Shown in pieces: positions 1 to 12,006 of a stretch of DNA of 64,000 nt. The stretch covers positions 135,098,001 to 135,162,000 of the forward strand of contig OX597818.1 in NCBI GenBank assembly GCA_951406725.2, read 5' to 3'. The stretch's first letter is position 1; every line of letters starts with the position of its first letter. A program made the position numbers and the translations under genes. The notes beneath the pieces are model-generated. The model searched no databases, was not told the origin of the DNA, and was given only the letters and a program-made list of their open reading frames with translations. This DNA is from Octopus vulgaris (taxonomy: Eukaryota).

Positions 1-546
1 TTCTTTTCTGGTACAATACTGAGAAACCTCTTGTTGCAAGGAAGAACAAATCTCTTTTTCTTTTTAAAGTATTATTAATTAAGCAGACACCAGAAAATTT
101 GGTGTACAGAGCTGAATGCAATAACTGATCTGTTGTCATTATTGGTTTTAAAACTTAACTGTATTCCATCAATGAGTAGAAATAACATAACAGGTTGTAG
201 CAGTTATTCAGTAAGCAATATGCTTTGTATCACAGGCTTACACAACATCCTGCTCAGGATGTCTTGTATTTGTCAACATTTAGTTATGTCCTTTTATGTT
301 GTGAATTAAAACCCTGTTAAAGCCAATTTTGTTTCTTGAGCTAATAAAAGAAAGTATAAGTTATGTAATGAGATTGATTTTATACTTGGATAATAAAAGG
401 GTCTACTAGAACTCCCCACTTCCTGTTGTAATCCTTATTCATACTTATATATGTTCCCTTGAGCATACTGTCTACATAGATCATATACTCCATTCAATAA
501 ACTCTATTCACACACCATATTTGAAACATATATATATATATATATA

Positions 547-921
547 GGCGCAGGAGTGGCTGTGTGGTAAGTAGCTTGTTTACCAGCCACATGGTTCTGG
601 GTTCAGTCCCACTGCGTGGCATCTTGGGCAAGTATCTTCTGCTATATCCCCGGGCCGACCAATGCCTTGTGAGTGGATTTGGTAGACGGAAACTGAAAGA
701 AGCCTGTCGTATATATGTATATATATATATGTGTGTGTGTGTGTGTTTGTGTGTCTGTGTTCGTCCCCCTAGCATTGCTTGACAACCGATGCTGGTGTGT
801 TTATGTCCCCGTTACTTAGTGGTTCGGCAAAAGAGACCGATAGAATAAGTACTGGGCTTACAAAAAGAATAAGTCCCGGGGTCGAGTTGCTCGACTAAAG
901 GCGGTGCTCCAGAGTAAAGAG
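547..921 (+). mobile_element. tRNA-derived SINE, family A (~400 bp, internal (TA)n(TG)n tract)
   Basis: Head GGCGCAGGAGTGGCTGTGTGGTAAG...GGTTCAGTCCC has Pol III A/B-box-like motifs; near-identical copies recur throughout the window. Confidence 0.9.
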
Positions 922-1383
922 TATACATATGTCCTGTTGAGTTCAAGTCAAGATAATCATCATCATTTTATGCTCACTTTTTCATGCTGGCATAGGTTGG
1001 ACAATTTCAGAGTATCCAATGTGTGAGAAGGATGTCTTGCTCCAGTGTCTCAGTTTTGGCATGGACAAACTAGTTACAAAGTGAACTAGGCACTTAGTAT
1101 CCATGGTACAAGAAAAACAAGTCAGGTGCCTTGTAAGTCATAACTTTAAACAACACACAGGGAAAAGGGAAGGTACTTTATGTGAGATGTTGAATGTGAC
1201 ATTAGGGTTAATGGTGTGACATCTTTACGGATGTACTTCACAACTCCACCATGACTTTGTTCTCATCTGGGTGTATGGAACTAAACATATATTGGTATCT
1301 GTAACTCTGGATCAATTATGTCTGCAGAGAGAGATGTTCTTGAAAATAAAAATTTATCTATTCTGTTACATGTAATATGGCTT

Positions 1384-1384
<1 letters not shown>

Positions 1385-1470
<86 letters not shown>
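1385..1470. repeat. compound microsatellite (TA)n(GT)n(GA)n
   Basis: Directly visible. Confidence 0.95.
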
Positions 1471-1473
<3 letters not shown>

Positions 1474-1639
1474 TTCCTTATGCATTTAAAAACTGAGCTG
1501 TCGATGTTGAGGTACAGTGTATTGAAAGATTCAGTAATCTTTCGGCTTCCAAATAAACTTAATTTTCAATCACTTATTTTCTATGTTATCTCAGCAACCA
1601 GCTAAAGTTATTTGAAAGGCACAAGTAAAGTTGGTTTTA

Positions 1640-2475
1640 ATTGTGAACCTCTCTTCCTGTTCAAATAGGAATTCTGAGCCTTCCTGTAGTTAGGGGTATG
1701 TTCCACAGTTTGGACGTCCACATTTTTCAACCATTGGTTTTGTGGTTGTTGTGTAAAGCTCCACATTTGTCAGGTCTTTTCAGCGATTTGTGTTGCTTTT
1801 TGCATTTTATGTGTTTTCTGAATGTTGTTCATTTTTTAATCCCTAGTGAGCAGAGGTAAATTTTGAACAATGTTAATTGCAATTTGGTTGTTGACTTTTT
1901 TTTATCTTAATATCTAAGAAAGAGGGCCGTTCTTTGCTATATTCTCTTATAAATTGAATGTTAGGTTTTGTATTATTTAGTATTGATTTAAATTCCAAAA
2001 GTTTATCAATAGTCTCATTCTAAATGGTAAAACAGTCATCCAGATATCTTTTCCAGTTTTCTCTTATATGATGGTGAAATGGATGACCATATTTTTGCAG
2101 TGATTCTTCATACATGGTGAATTCAAAATATCCTATTATTAGGTTCACAAGAACAGGGGCTACTTTTGTTCCCATTGCAATTCCACATTTTTGACAATAG
2201 TGGGTGTCATCAAATAGAAAATAATTGTTCTGAAGTATAAATTTTAATGTTTCAATAATAAAAACCTGGTTTGCGTTTTCCAGAAGTTCTTCGGGGTACT
2301 TTTTCAGCCAGAATTTTATTGCTCTTATTCCACAGTTGTGTGGGATATTGGTGTAAATATTAATAACAATGAAAGAAATCAATAATGTCTCTTCATTAGT
2401 TGTTTTCAGTAGGTGTTCAAGCATATCTAGATTGTTTCTAATGAAAATTTTGCATCTACCAGTGCAAAAAAACAA
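1640..2475 (-). pseudogene. Penelope-like element reverse transcriptase remnant
   Basis: ORF 2020-2475 has PLE-type RT motifs IYTNIPH, YCQKCGIAMGTKVAP..NL and WKRYLDDCF; disrupted continuation LN...PNIQF...FLD lies downstream. Confidence 0.85.
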
Positions 2476-2938
2476 TTTCTCTACAAGAAAGTTTAAATAA
2501 AGAAAATTTATTTATTAAAAAATACAGAACATGCCTAAATAGGAACATATAACCAAATTTGATCTCGGTATATATTTTAATTCATGTTCACATACACATC
2601 ACTGTAAATATTTCATCTCACTACTTTAGCTTTTGAGTTTTTGTATATTTATTTACCCCAACCCCCAAAAATGAGCAATTACCTCCCCTGTCCCAAATAA
2701 AGACCACCAATTACCTCCCCTTAGATTTTTCTACCTGTTGATTCATTTCATTCACAAACCCCCATACACAACATGGACTAAAATATTTTTAAGAAAATAT
2801 GAAATAATAATTTCAATGTCATGATTAGCAAAAGCGAAACCAGTCACAAACAATACTCTTTCACTTATAACATATATTAAGAAATATATTAAAACTATGT
2901 AAACTGTGTGTATTTTCCTTCTTTTATTTTATATATAT

Positions 2939-3310
2939 GGAAGCACTCCGTCGGTTACGACGACGAGGGTTCCGGTTGATCCGATCAACGGAACAGCCTG
3001 CTCGTGAAATTAACGTGTAAGTGGCTGAGCACTCCACAGACACGTGTACCCTTAACGCAGTTCTCGGGGATATTCAGCGTGACACAGAGAGTGACAAGGC
3101 CGGCCCTTTGAAATACAGGTACAACAGAAACAGGAAGTAAGAGTGAGAGAAAGTTGTGGTGAAAGAGTACAGCAGGGATCACCACCACCCCCTGCCAGAG
3201 CCTCGTAGAGCTTTAGGTGTTTTCGCTCAATAAACACTCACAACGCCCGGTCTGGGAATTGAAACCGCGATCCTACGATCGTGAGTCTGCTGCCCTAACC
3301 ACTGGGCCAT
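2939..3310 (-). mobile_element. tRNA-derived SINE, family B (~380 bp)
   Basis: Reverse complement of head ATGGCCCAGTGGTTAGGGCAGC...GGTTTCAATTCCC; same body as six other copies; sits in a (TA)n tract. Confidence 0.9.
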
Positions 3311-3330
3311 ATATATATATATATTATATA

Positions 3331-4105
3331 TAGTGCAATGAGTAAACTGTCATCTAAATTACGCAAAAATGAAAATAACATGGACATCTCATTTTAACAG
3401 ATATATTTATCAAAATTACATAAAAACATCTTGAAATACTAAAGAGTAAATTTATTCAATAAAATCGCCATTGCTTCAACCATGGCCCCCAGACAACATC
3501 TAAATCTCCTGCAATTCTTCTGGATGGTCTCCTTGTTTAAGTTGGTGAATGTTGCCATAATCCTTACCTTCAGTTCATCTTTGGGTTACAAGGAGTTTTG
3601 TTGGTCTCTCGCTCAACTGTGCTCCACACATAATAATGAAGGGGACTGCAGTCTGGGGAGTTAGGTGGCCACCTGTTAGGGGTGATGTAGTTGCAGAAAT
3701 TGTCTGACAGCCATGACTGGATTCTCCTGCTTGTGTGGCATGGTACAGAGTCCTGTAGCTAGACATAAGATCTTCCAGCAGTACTACCTCCTCCAGGTAC
3801 TTGGTGTAAGCCTCCGTGTTGAGTCTGAGGCCTGTGGGAATGGGGGCATAACGTCACCATCACTAGTGATCACACCAAACAGCATGATGTTGACTAGATG
3901 TTTGATTTTTATCACTCAAGTTGTGATTTTCATCACTTCTGGCACAATTTTTATCACTTCCATGATTTCTGGCAGAGTGAATTGCGACATGATGCTGTTA
4001 TAGTTAATAGTAGTCTACTTTAGAAAGTAGACTTTAGTCTACTTAGAAATAATAACATTTCTATTTTTGAAAACCAATGGATGTATTCCACTGAATTTAG
4101 GTAAA
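3331..4105 (-). pseudogene. Tc1/mariner superfamily DD37D (maT-type) transposon remnant
   Basis: Minus-strand translation VFGVITSDGDVMPPF ... *LQDSVPCHTSRRIQSWLSDNFCNYITPNRWPPNSPDCSPL(H)YYVW; 37 residues between the second D and the third (D>H) position; stops and frameshifts; ends approximate. Confidence 0.8.
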
Positions 4106-4154
4106 TAATCCTTCAAACAGACGGTCAGCAGTGACACCTGCTGGGTTCAGCTAC

Positions 4155-4197
4155 TCTGCATTGATAAAGGGCAAATACCCTGAAACATGTCTGCAGA
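4155..4197 (+). ncRNA. degenerate type-I hammerhead ribozyme motif
   Basis: TCTGCA-TTGATAA-AGGG caaata CCCT-GAAA-C AT G TC-TGCAGA: stems I and II are perfect, core CUGAUGA mutated to UUGAUAA. Confidence 0.6.
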
Positions 4198-4377
4198 TGC
4201 CGGACCAGCAAGGGGAAGCAGCTGACCTCCCCTGTTCGAAGGTTATAATGGACACAGGTTCGTGTGTCATATAGCTAGCTAGAGGCGATGGCCTCTTAGA
4301 GCTAGTCAATGGCAGCTTTCGTCCTATATTTATGGACTGCCATATTAGCTTGGCAATAACTATTAATATATATATAT

Positions 4378-4772
4378 GCCAGCCTCGGCTGGCCCCCGTG
4401 CCGGTGACACGTAAAAGCACTGTCCGTTCGTGGCCGTTTGCCAGCTCTGTCTGGCCCCGTGTCGGTGGCACGTAAAAGCACCATCCGTTTGTGTTCGTTG
4501 CCAGCCTCGGCTGGCCCCCGTGCCGGTGACACGTAAAAGCACCGTCTGTTCGTGGCCATTTGCCAGCTCTGTCTGGCACCGGTGCAGGTGGCACGTAAAA
4601 AACACCCACTACACTCGCGGAGTGGTTGGCGTTAGGAAGGGCATCCAGCCGTAGAAACACTGCCAGATCTGACTGGGCCTGACGAAGCCTTCCAGCTTCA
4701 CAGACCCCAGTTGACCCGTCCAACCCATGCTAGCATGGAAAGCGGACGCTAAATGATGATGATGATGATGAT
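4378..4772 (+). mobile_element. RTE LINE 3' UTR fragment with 4 tandem structured modules and (GAT)n tail
   Basis: Same 3' end (TGGCGTTAGGAAGGGCATCCAG...CATGCTAGCATGGAAA..GGACG.TAAA-(GAT)n) as the RT-bearing copies at 24.8, 41.5 and 62 kb. Confidence 0.85.
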
Positions 4773-6121
4773 ATATATATATATACATACATATTTACAC
4801 ACACACACACAGAGTTAGAGTTTTAGTCCAAAGGAGAAAATATGTGATGCCTAATGTGTATGTGTGTGTGTATAGTGAGAGATTTATTCTAGAGGTGTAA
4901 ATGTGTGTATAAATCTATATGAAGGTATGTATTTATGGTAATGGGTGGTAGTGTAGATGAAATGCTTATGAAAGTAAACTGGTAACATTTGAGATATAAT
5001 GAGTTGTGATGCTCTGAATTTAGTGATTAACAACAACAACAAATATTAATTTACAACAGAGAAGTTGCAGTCAGTTCTATAGAAAATCTTAATACATTAT
5101 TTGACTTCTATATCTTGAAGAGATAACTACACTCTGCAACCTTTCAAACAGACACACACAAACACACACAATTATAAACACACGTGTGCACACACACCTA
5201 TATAAATACGCATATACACTATTATAAATGTGCATACATGCATGCTTATACACACTCACACGTGCACGTGTGCATACACATACACATGAATCATTGCCAA
5301 TGCGAACATTTTAGATTTGTTTGTGCACTTCCGTAGGAAATTGCAGGAATTAGTCTGCAGATGTTTCAATAAAGCTCACACTTAAACTTTTAGGTTAAAT
5401 ACTAGAGATTTATGAGAAAATATTATTAAGCCTCATATGTAGGTATGGCTGCATGGTTAAGACATTCATTTCACGACAGTATGGTTTTGTGTTCAATACC
5501 ATTGTGCCGTGCATTGAAAAGTGTATTCTACTATAGCTTCAGGTCAGCCAAAGATGTGTGTGGAATCTGTTAAATGGAATCTGTATGAAAGTGAGTCGGA
5601 AAGACCTGTGGGAGATAGAATTAATCTTGCATCTGATTTAATATTATCAGCAAGTCCTTGGGCACTTCTTAATTAAGACCACTCTGTATCAAACATTCAG
5701 GCTGAATCTACAGTTTAAGGATAACTTTTTCCTTTCCTCCCTTCCACCAGCCTTAAACAAGACCTGGCTCAAATACTTGTAGCATAGGGGGCACTGTTTA
5801 AGACAAACAAGGACCAGATGGTGGTGGTGGTGTTAAATTGGGAAATGAATTAAATCTACCACCTATGTAGGCTACAGCAGGATTTGATCCCAGATCACAA
5901 ATTTCAAGAAGAAATACCACAAAGTAACTGTTCCAGCACTATACAGAGAGAGAAAGAGAGAGAGAGATGATAATTATCAAATAATTATTTCCAGATAATT
6001 GTGTCTAGATTTCCAAATTAAAATCATAAAGGTGAATATCCTAAAGTATACAAAGATTTTCTTCCATAGATACAGCAAAACTTAGTTAAAGAAGTTCACA
6101 CTAAATCTTATCTTTCTTCAA

Positions 6122-6520
6122 ATCATCATCATCATCGTTTAACGTCCGCTTTCCATGCTAGCATGGGTTGGACGATTTTGACTGAGGGCTGGCAAACCAG
6201 ATGGCTGCACCAGGCTCCAATCTTGATCTGGCAGAGTTTCTACAGCTGGATGCCCTTCCTAACGCCAACCACTCCGAGAGTGTAGTGGGTGCTTTTTACA
6301 TGCCACCGGCATGGGGGCCAGTCAGACGGTACTGGCAATGACCTCGCTCAAATCTTTTTACACATGCCACCAGCACAGGTGCCAGTAAGGCAACGCTGGT
6401 AATGATCACGCTTGAGAACAGTGCCTTTTATGTGCCACTGGCACAGAAACCAGTTAGCCACTCTGTCAACAATCACACTCATATGGTGCTCTTTGCACCC
6501 CGCTAGCATGGATGCCAGTC
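6122..6520 (-). mobile_element. RTE LINE 3' UTR fragment
   Basis: (ATC)n followed by the reverse complement of the RTE 3' end and its modules. Confidence 0.85.
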
Positions 6521-7004
6521 ATCGAATTTGATAATTATTTCTATTTATTTTCCCATAATAAAATGTCTTGAAACTTTTATCAATTTATGCCATTCTATAT
6601 TCTACAACCATAAATTGCAATAAAATAGGAGTTGCACCTGTTGTTCGTTAGGCAGACTGAGACAAGCAGTTATGCTTTGCTGTCTCAGTTAATTGATGAA
6701 GTTAACCGATAACTAGTTTCCTATGTACATTAAGACAAGTCTCAAATGGAATTAACATTTGATAAACCAAACAAGATATTGGAAGATATTTGACTAAGTA
6801 CTTCCCATTTTGCTGTATTCCAAATAGACACATTTTCAAATCTCAACTTAGGGATTTTACATTTTTACCAATTTGTCTCAGTGCCTCTGCATGATGTATC
6901 TCCATTTCTGCTTTTCTTAAATCCAATCTCCATGAAATAAGGAAGATATTTGAGTTCTTAAGCATAGAACTGAACTTGCATATGTAACCATCTTTTACTT
7001 CTTT

Positions 7005-7340
7005 TACTTGTTGGATTGTGGCCATCCTGGAGCACTACTTTAAAGGGGTTGGTCAAACAAGTCAACCCCCGTACTTGTTTTTAGTCTGGCACTTATTCTA
7101 TCATTCTTTCTTGCCAAACTGCTGAGTTACAGGAACTTAAATACACTCACACCAATTGTCAAGTGGTGGTGAGGGATAAACACAAACACATATTCACACA
7201 CACAACAGGCTTCTTTCAGTTTCCATCTACCAATTCCACTCAAAAGGCTTTGGTTGTCCTGGGACTATAGTAGAAGGCACTTGCCCAAGGTACCACATAG
7301 GACTGAACCCAGAACCACATGGTTGGGAAAAGGAACTTCT
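7005..7340 (-). mobile_element. SINE family A, older diverged copy
   Basis: Colinear similarity to family A. Confidence 0.75.
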
Positions 7341-7972
7341 TAAAGTATTTAAAACAATATGAAATGACAAACACAAGAGTGGCATTAATGCTACATTTCT
7401 CAAAACAACCCTAAAAAACATTGGACTACTAAAATTAGAAACGCGAATATTTATTCTAAAAGTCCCACAGAGTTAAAAATAATAGGAAAGTTAATAGCAC
7501 AACTTGCTTCTTACACACTATCTTTCTTTACTGTACTTAAAAAAAAAAAATAAGAATAAAAAAAAAAAGCATTTTTCAAAGTTAGCTGAAAGAGATCAGA
7601 TTACAGACAGTTCTTAAGTAAACATGGAATGGTATATATGTTCCAGTCTAGAAATGGAAACACAAAAGCAAGGTTTAGGAGGATAATTTTGGTAAATAAA
7701 CAGAATTCATTTATTAGAGAAAGCAATAATTTATTCATGATTAACTTAAACAAACAGAAAAACTTGGAAACATTTTAATTACAAGAGTGCCCAGGATTTC
7801 TAAATTTTATCCATTTGTCATACTATGTTAGACTGCCAGTGTTAGCCTAAGATTGATGAATCTAATTATTTATATTTGGGACAGGTGTTTTTTAGCATGT
7901 GAATAGCCCCTCTCCTGCTGTGACATAATTGCAGCTAGACTTAGTTTTCAGCTATTTTTAGATTTACCATTT

Positions 7973-8386
7973 ATACTCTTTTTACTCTTTTTACTTGTTT
8001 CAGTCACTTGACTGCGGCCATGCTGGAGCACCGCCTTTAATCGAGCAACTCGACCCCGGGACTTATTCTTTGTAAGCCCAGTACTTATTCTATCGGTCTC
8101 TTTTGCCGAACTGCTAAGTGACGGGGACATAAACACACCAGCATCGGTTGTTAAGCAATGCTAGGGGGACAAAGACAGACACACAAACATATACACACAC
8201 ACTTATATATATATACATATATACGACAGGCTTCTTTCAGTTTCCGTCTACCAAATCCACTCACAAGGCTTTGGTCGGCCCGAGGCTATAGTAGAAGACA
8301 CTTGCCCAAGGTGCCACGCAGTGGGACTGAACCCGGTACCATGTGGTTGGTAAACAAGCTACTTACCACACAGCCACTCCTGCGCC
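7973..8386 (-). mobile_element. SINE family A, full length
   Basis: Head at 8386; (GAGTAAAA)n-type tail at ~7973. Confidence 0.9.
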
Positions 8387-8767
8387 TATTTATGAAGCAA
8401 TAAATTTTATAAAACTGAGAATTCATCTTCTTTAATATTAAAACCGATGCTATTAAATCTGAAATGGTATTTAATAGTTTTAACATGCTCAAGAGAATAT
8501 GCATGATTCTCTATGTTAACTATATTCCCCAGGGATGACATGCAAACACGTGTAAAATTGTACACTGGTATATGTTGACCTCCTAATAAACCAATTGGTC
8601 TTATTTGGAGTAAACCCTTAGCTTTGGTCAGCAACTTCTCAATGTTTACAGAATAAACACTGTTTGATGTTGTTGGGAAGTGCGTCCAACTGTGAAGCAG
8701 CTACAACTTCTGAATTATCATGTTAAGCCTTTCATCACCATATTTCTGTTGAAATATACTGTTGAAA

Positions 8768-9113
8768 TTTACTTGTTTCAGTCATTTGACTGTGGCCATT
8801 TGACTGCGGTCATGCTGGAGCACCACCTTCAGTCGAGAAAATCGACCCCAGTACTTATTCTATTGATCTCTTTTGCCGAACTACCATCGGTTGTCAAGCG
8901 ATGTTGGGGGGACAAACACAGACACACAAACATATACATGCATACACATATATATATATATATACAACAGGCTTCTTTCAGTTTCCATCTACCAAATCCA
9001 CTCACAAGGCTTTGGTCAGCCCGAGGCTATAGTAGAAGACACTTGCCCAAGGACTGAACCTGGAACCATGTGACTGGTAAGCAAGCTACTTACCACACAG
9101 CCACTCCTGTGCC
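8768..9113 (-). mobile_element. SINE family A with internal deletions
   Basis: Colinear similarity to family A. Confidence 0.85.
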
Positions 9114-9529
9114 TAATGATGACTTTGGTAAAATAACTTTATCATTACTAAGCTGATATTTGTAACACAAATTAAAACATGGAATTTTATTGGACAGTTT
9201 TAATTTAAATTACTGTAAAACAGAAAGTTTATATCATAGAAATAGGTGTTGTCTCAAGCAGGTAGCTATCAACAGGGTTCATATTATTTCTCAAAAGATA
9301 TGACTACCTCATCAATTTGATTTCAAGCACATCTTAACCCTCATTCACAAGTAACAATGGACAGAAAAGAATATGTAGCAACAGAAGAATTAGTTTTCAT
9401 TGGAATTGTTTTTCCTATGAGTTATGGGAGATGCTGAATTTGGAATGTTGAGAAATTCCTTCACAACATTAATAATGTGAGATGGTTTCAACTGCAAACC
9501 AAAATCACATTTCAATACAAGCTAATAAG

Positions 9530-9695
9530 GGAGCTTCTATGTGGTCTCTTGACCTGCTAGAACCAACAGTCAAATATCCTTCAAATTACATTCCACCTTT
9601 ATGGCAAAGAAAGAGGCAGGATGGTCATGACTGGATTGCCTCTTATCATTGGTCTGCTAAATAAGGATTAACCTGGGGCTAAACAGCAACAACAA
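9530..9695 (+). mobile_element. old retroposon 3' end (family I) with (ACA)n tail
   Basis: Motifs GACCTGCTAGAA.TAGCAGCCAAAT and GGTCATGGCTGGAAT...ACCTGGGGCTAAACAACAAC recur, diverged, near 10.95, 21.25, 28.75, 35.5/35.8, 50.65-50.96(-), 56.23-56.43(-), 57.53-57.74 and 63.7 kb. Confidence 0.6.
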
Positions 9696-10184
9696 CTAAA
9701 TTTTAATATTGCTACAGTTTAGACCTAAAAAACTATTTCTCTTTCTTTTGTTTGTGCCTTATTTACATAGACAGAAGTGTAATGAACAACAGTATTGATC
9801 TTTCATTCAGGAACCATTCTATTCTATTAATGTTTGGTATTCAATTACCATAGAAATGTCTTTCCTTGAAGGTTGTGAGCATGCAATATGGCAGATCTTC
9901 TAAATTAGATCCTATTAGATTTTGAAGCTACAGACCAGAAATTACAAAATTAGCTAGATATGGTTGTGTGGTTAAGAAGTATGCTTTGCAACCATATGGC
10001 TTCAGGTTCAGTCCTACGGTATAGCACCTTGAGTAAGTGTCGTCTACTATAACACCAAGCAGACCAATGCTTTGAGGGTGAATTTGGTAGATGGAAACTT
10101 TGTGGAAGCCTGTTACATATATATATATATATATATCATCGTTTAATGATATATATATATATATATATGTGTAACAGATATATA

Positions 10185-10365
10185 TATTTGTCTGCTGGTA
10201 TGTTCTGAGTTCAAATTCTGCCGAGGTCGACTTTGCCTTTCATCCTTTCGGGGTCGATAAATTAAGTACCAGTTACGCACTGGGGGTTCGATGTAATCGA
10301 CTTAATACCTATGTCTGTCCTTGCTTGTCCTCTCTGTGTTTAGCCTCTTGTGGGTAGTAAAGAAA
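10185..10365 (+). mobile_element. SINE family C (Meta-domain-like), 5' truncated
   Basis: Contains GTCGACTTTGCCTTTCATCCTTTCGGGGTCGATAAATTAAGTACCAG, resembling the MetaSINE/Sauria-SINE central domain. Confidence 0.8.
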
Positions 10366-10997
10366 TATATAAATATATATATATCATTATCATCATTTAA
10401 CATCTATTTTCCATGCTGGTATGGGCTGCACGGTTTGACAAGCTGGTATGGTCGGGGACTGCACCAAGCTCCATTGTCTGTTCTGGCATGTTTCTACACC
10501 TGGATGCCCTTCCTAATGCCAGCCACTTTACAGATATCAATAGGTATGTGTGTGCATATTTGTGCCTCACCCACCACCTGACAACTGGTGTTGGTTTGAA
10601 TACATCCTCATAATGTCACAGTTCAACAAAATAGATTGTTAAAATAAGTACCAGATCCAAAAATAAGTACTGGGGTTGATTTTTTTTTCAACTAAAACCC
10701 TTCAAGAGGGTACCCCAGCATGACCACAGTCCAATGACTAAAACAGGATAAAAGCTTACAAATTATTATTAAGTTTACCACAGAAAACTAATTGAAATGA
10801 TGAATACTCTCAATGCGAAATATCAAAGAATGTGTTTGTTCTAGGGGTGTGGGATCTAGGTAAGATAAAGGACACTCAGGTGGGGCTTGGAAATTATGAC
10901 TGAGAATATCACTGTAACATCCTCAACCTTCACTAATGACCCAATAAGGGAACCTCTTGACTTGTTAACAATAGCAGCCAAGTCACCTCAAATGGAT

Positions 10998-11378
10998 GGA
11001 AGCACTCCGTTGGTTACGACGACGAGGGTTCCGGTTGATCCGATCAATGGAACAGCCTGCTCGTGAAATTAACGTGTAAGTGGCTGAGCATTCCACAGAC
11101 ACGTGTACCCTTAACGTAGTTCTCGAGGATATTCAGCGTGACACAGAGAGTGACAAGGCCGGCCCCTTGAAATACAGGTACAACAGAAACAGGAAGTAAG
11201 AGTGAGAGAAAGTTGTGGTGAAAGAGTACAGCAGGGATCACCACCATCCCTGCCGGAGCCTCGTGGAGCTTTAGGTGTTTTTGCTCAATAAACACTCACA
11301 ACACCCGGTCTGGGAATCGAAACCGCGATCATACGACCGCGAGTCCGCTGCCCTAACTACTGGGCCATTGCGCCTCCA
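10998..11378 (-). mobile_element. SINE family B, full length
   Basis: Flanked by TSD CACCTCAAAT (10984-10993 / 11380-11389). Confidence 0.92.
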
Positions 11379-11744
11379 CCACCTCAAATTATAGCTTATT
11401 GAGTAAACAGTTGTGTCACAAATTGTCAATTATTAGGTACAGGCATGGTTCTGTGATTGAGAAGTTCATTTCTCAAACACATGATATCTTGAGCAATTGT
11501 TTTCATCATAGCTCCAGGTGAATGGATTTTGTAGATGGAAACTGAAAGAAGCCAACTGTATTTACATGTGCATGCATGCACATATGTATTAGTATATTTG
11601 TTAACATTTACACTTCTCCAAAAACTGCTGAGCTCCTGGCAGCAGTATTACTGTTCTTTTCCTTGAAAACAAATCATCTGCTGGTTTTGCACCTTCAAAG
11701 ATGTATAGAATAAGATATTTACCCCTTACTTGCAAAGTAAGGAT

Positions 11745-12006
11745 TGGGGTAGAAAGGGCTCTTTAGCCGTAGTGAAGGCAATCTATCTAGGGAGATAACC
11801 TTACAATAAATCACTCGGTCCGTAGCTTAGAAATACTGGGTTGACGTCCAGCGGGAACAGCTTTGTTTCATGGAGGAGGAAAGATCTTCTTTAGTACTTG
11901 GTTGTACAATGCTTTCCAATGTGTGTAGTAGTGGCGCGCACACACATTATTAGCCATTTGAAAAGACTATGAAAGTCTCGACCACGGTCGAACAATGGTG
12001 ATGATG
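11745..12006 (+). mobile_element. short retroposon with RTE-5'UTR-like start and (GAT) tail
   Basis: Flanked by AAGGATT direct repeats; starts GGGGTAGAAAGGGCTCTTTAGCCGTAGTGAAGGCAATCTATCTAGGGAGA; ends GGTGATGATG; CpG-rich relative to flanks. Confidence 0.5.

Noticed and set aside
494-782. Recurrent ORFs such as MLGGQTQTHKH..., RQASFSFRLPNPLTR... and MVVIPAVLFHHNF... as a gene family
   Set aside because: They are chance translations of SINE families A and B in various frames
4378-4612. CRISPR array (palindromic repeat plus variable spacers)
   Set aside because: Eukaryotic context, no cas genes, spacers are related to each other, and the arrays always sit in RTE 3' UTRs
6843-6960. Possible minus-strand host exon (LDLRKAEMEIHHAEALRQI)
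   Set aside because: Weak splice signals, no recognisable homology, and no partner exons
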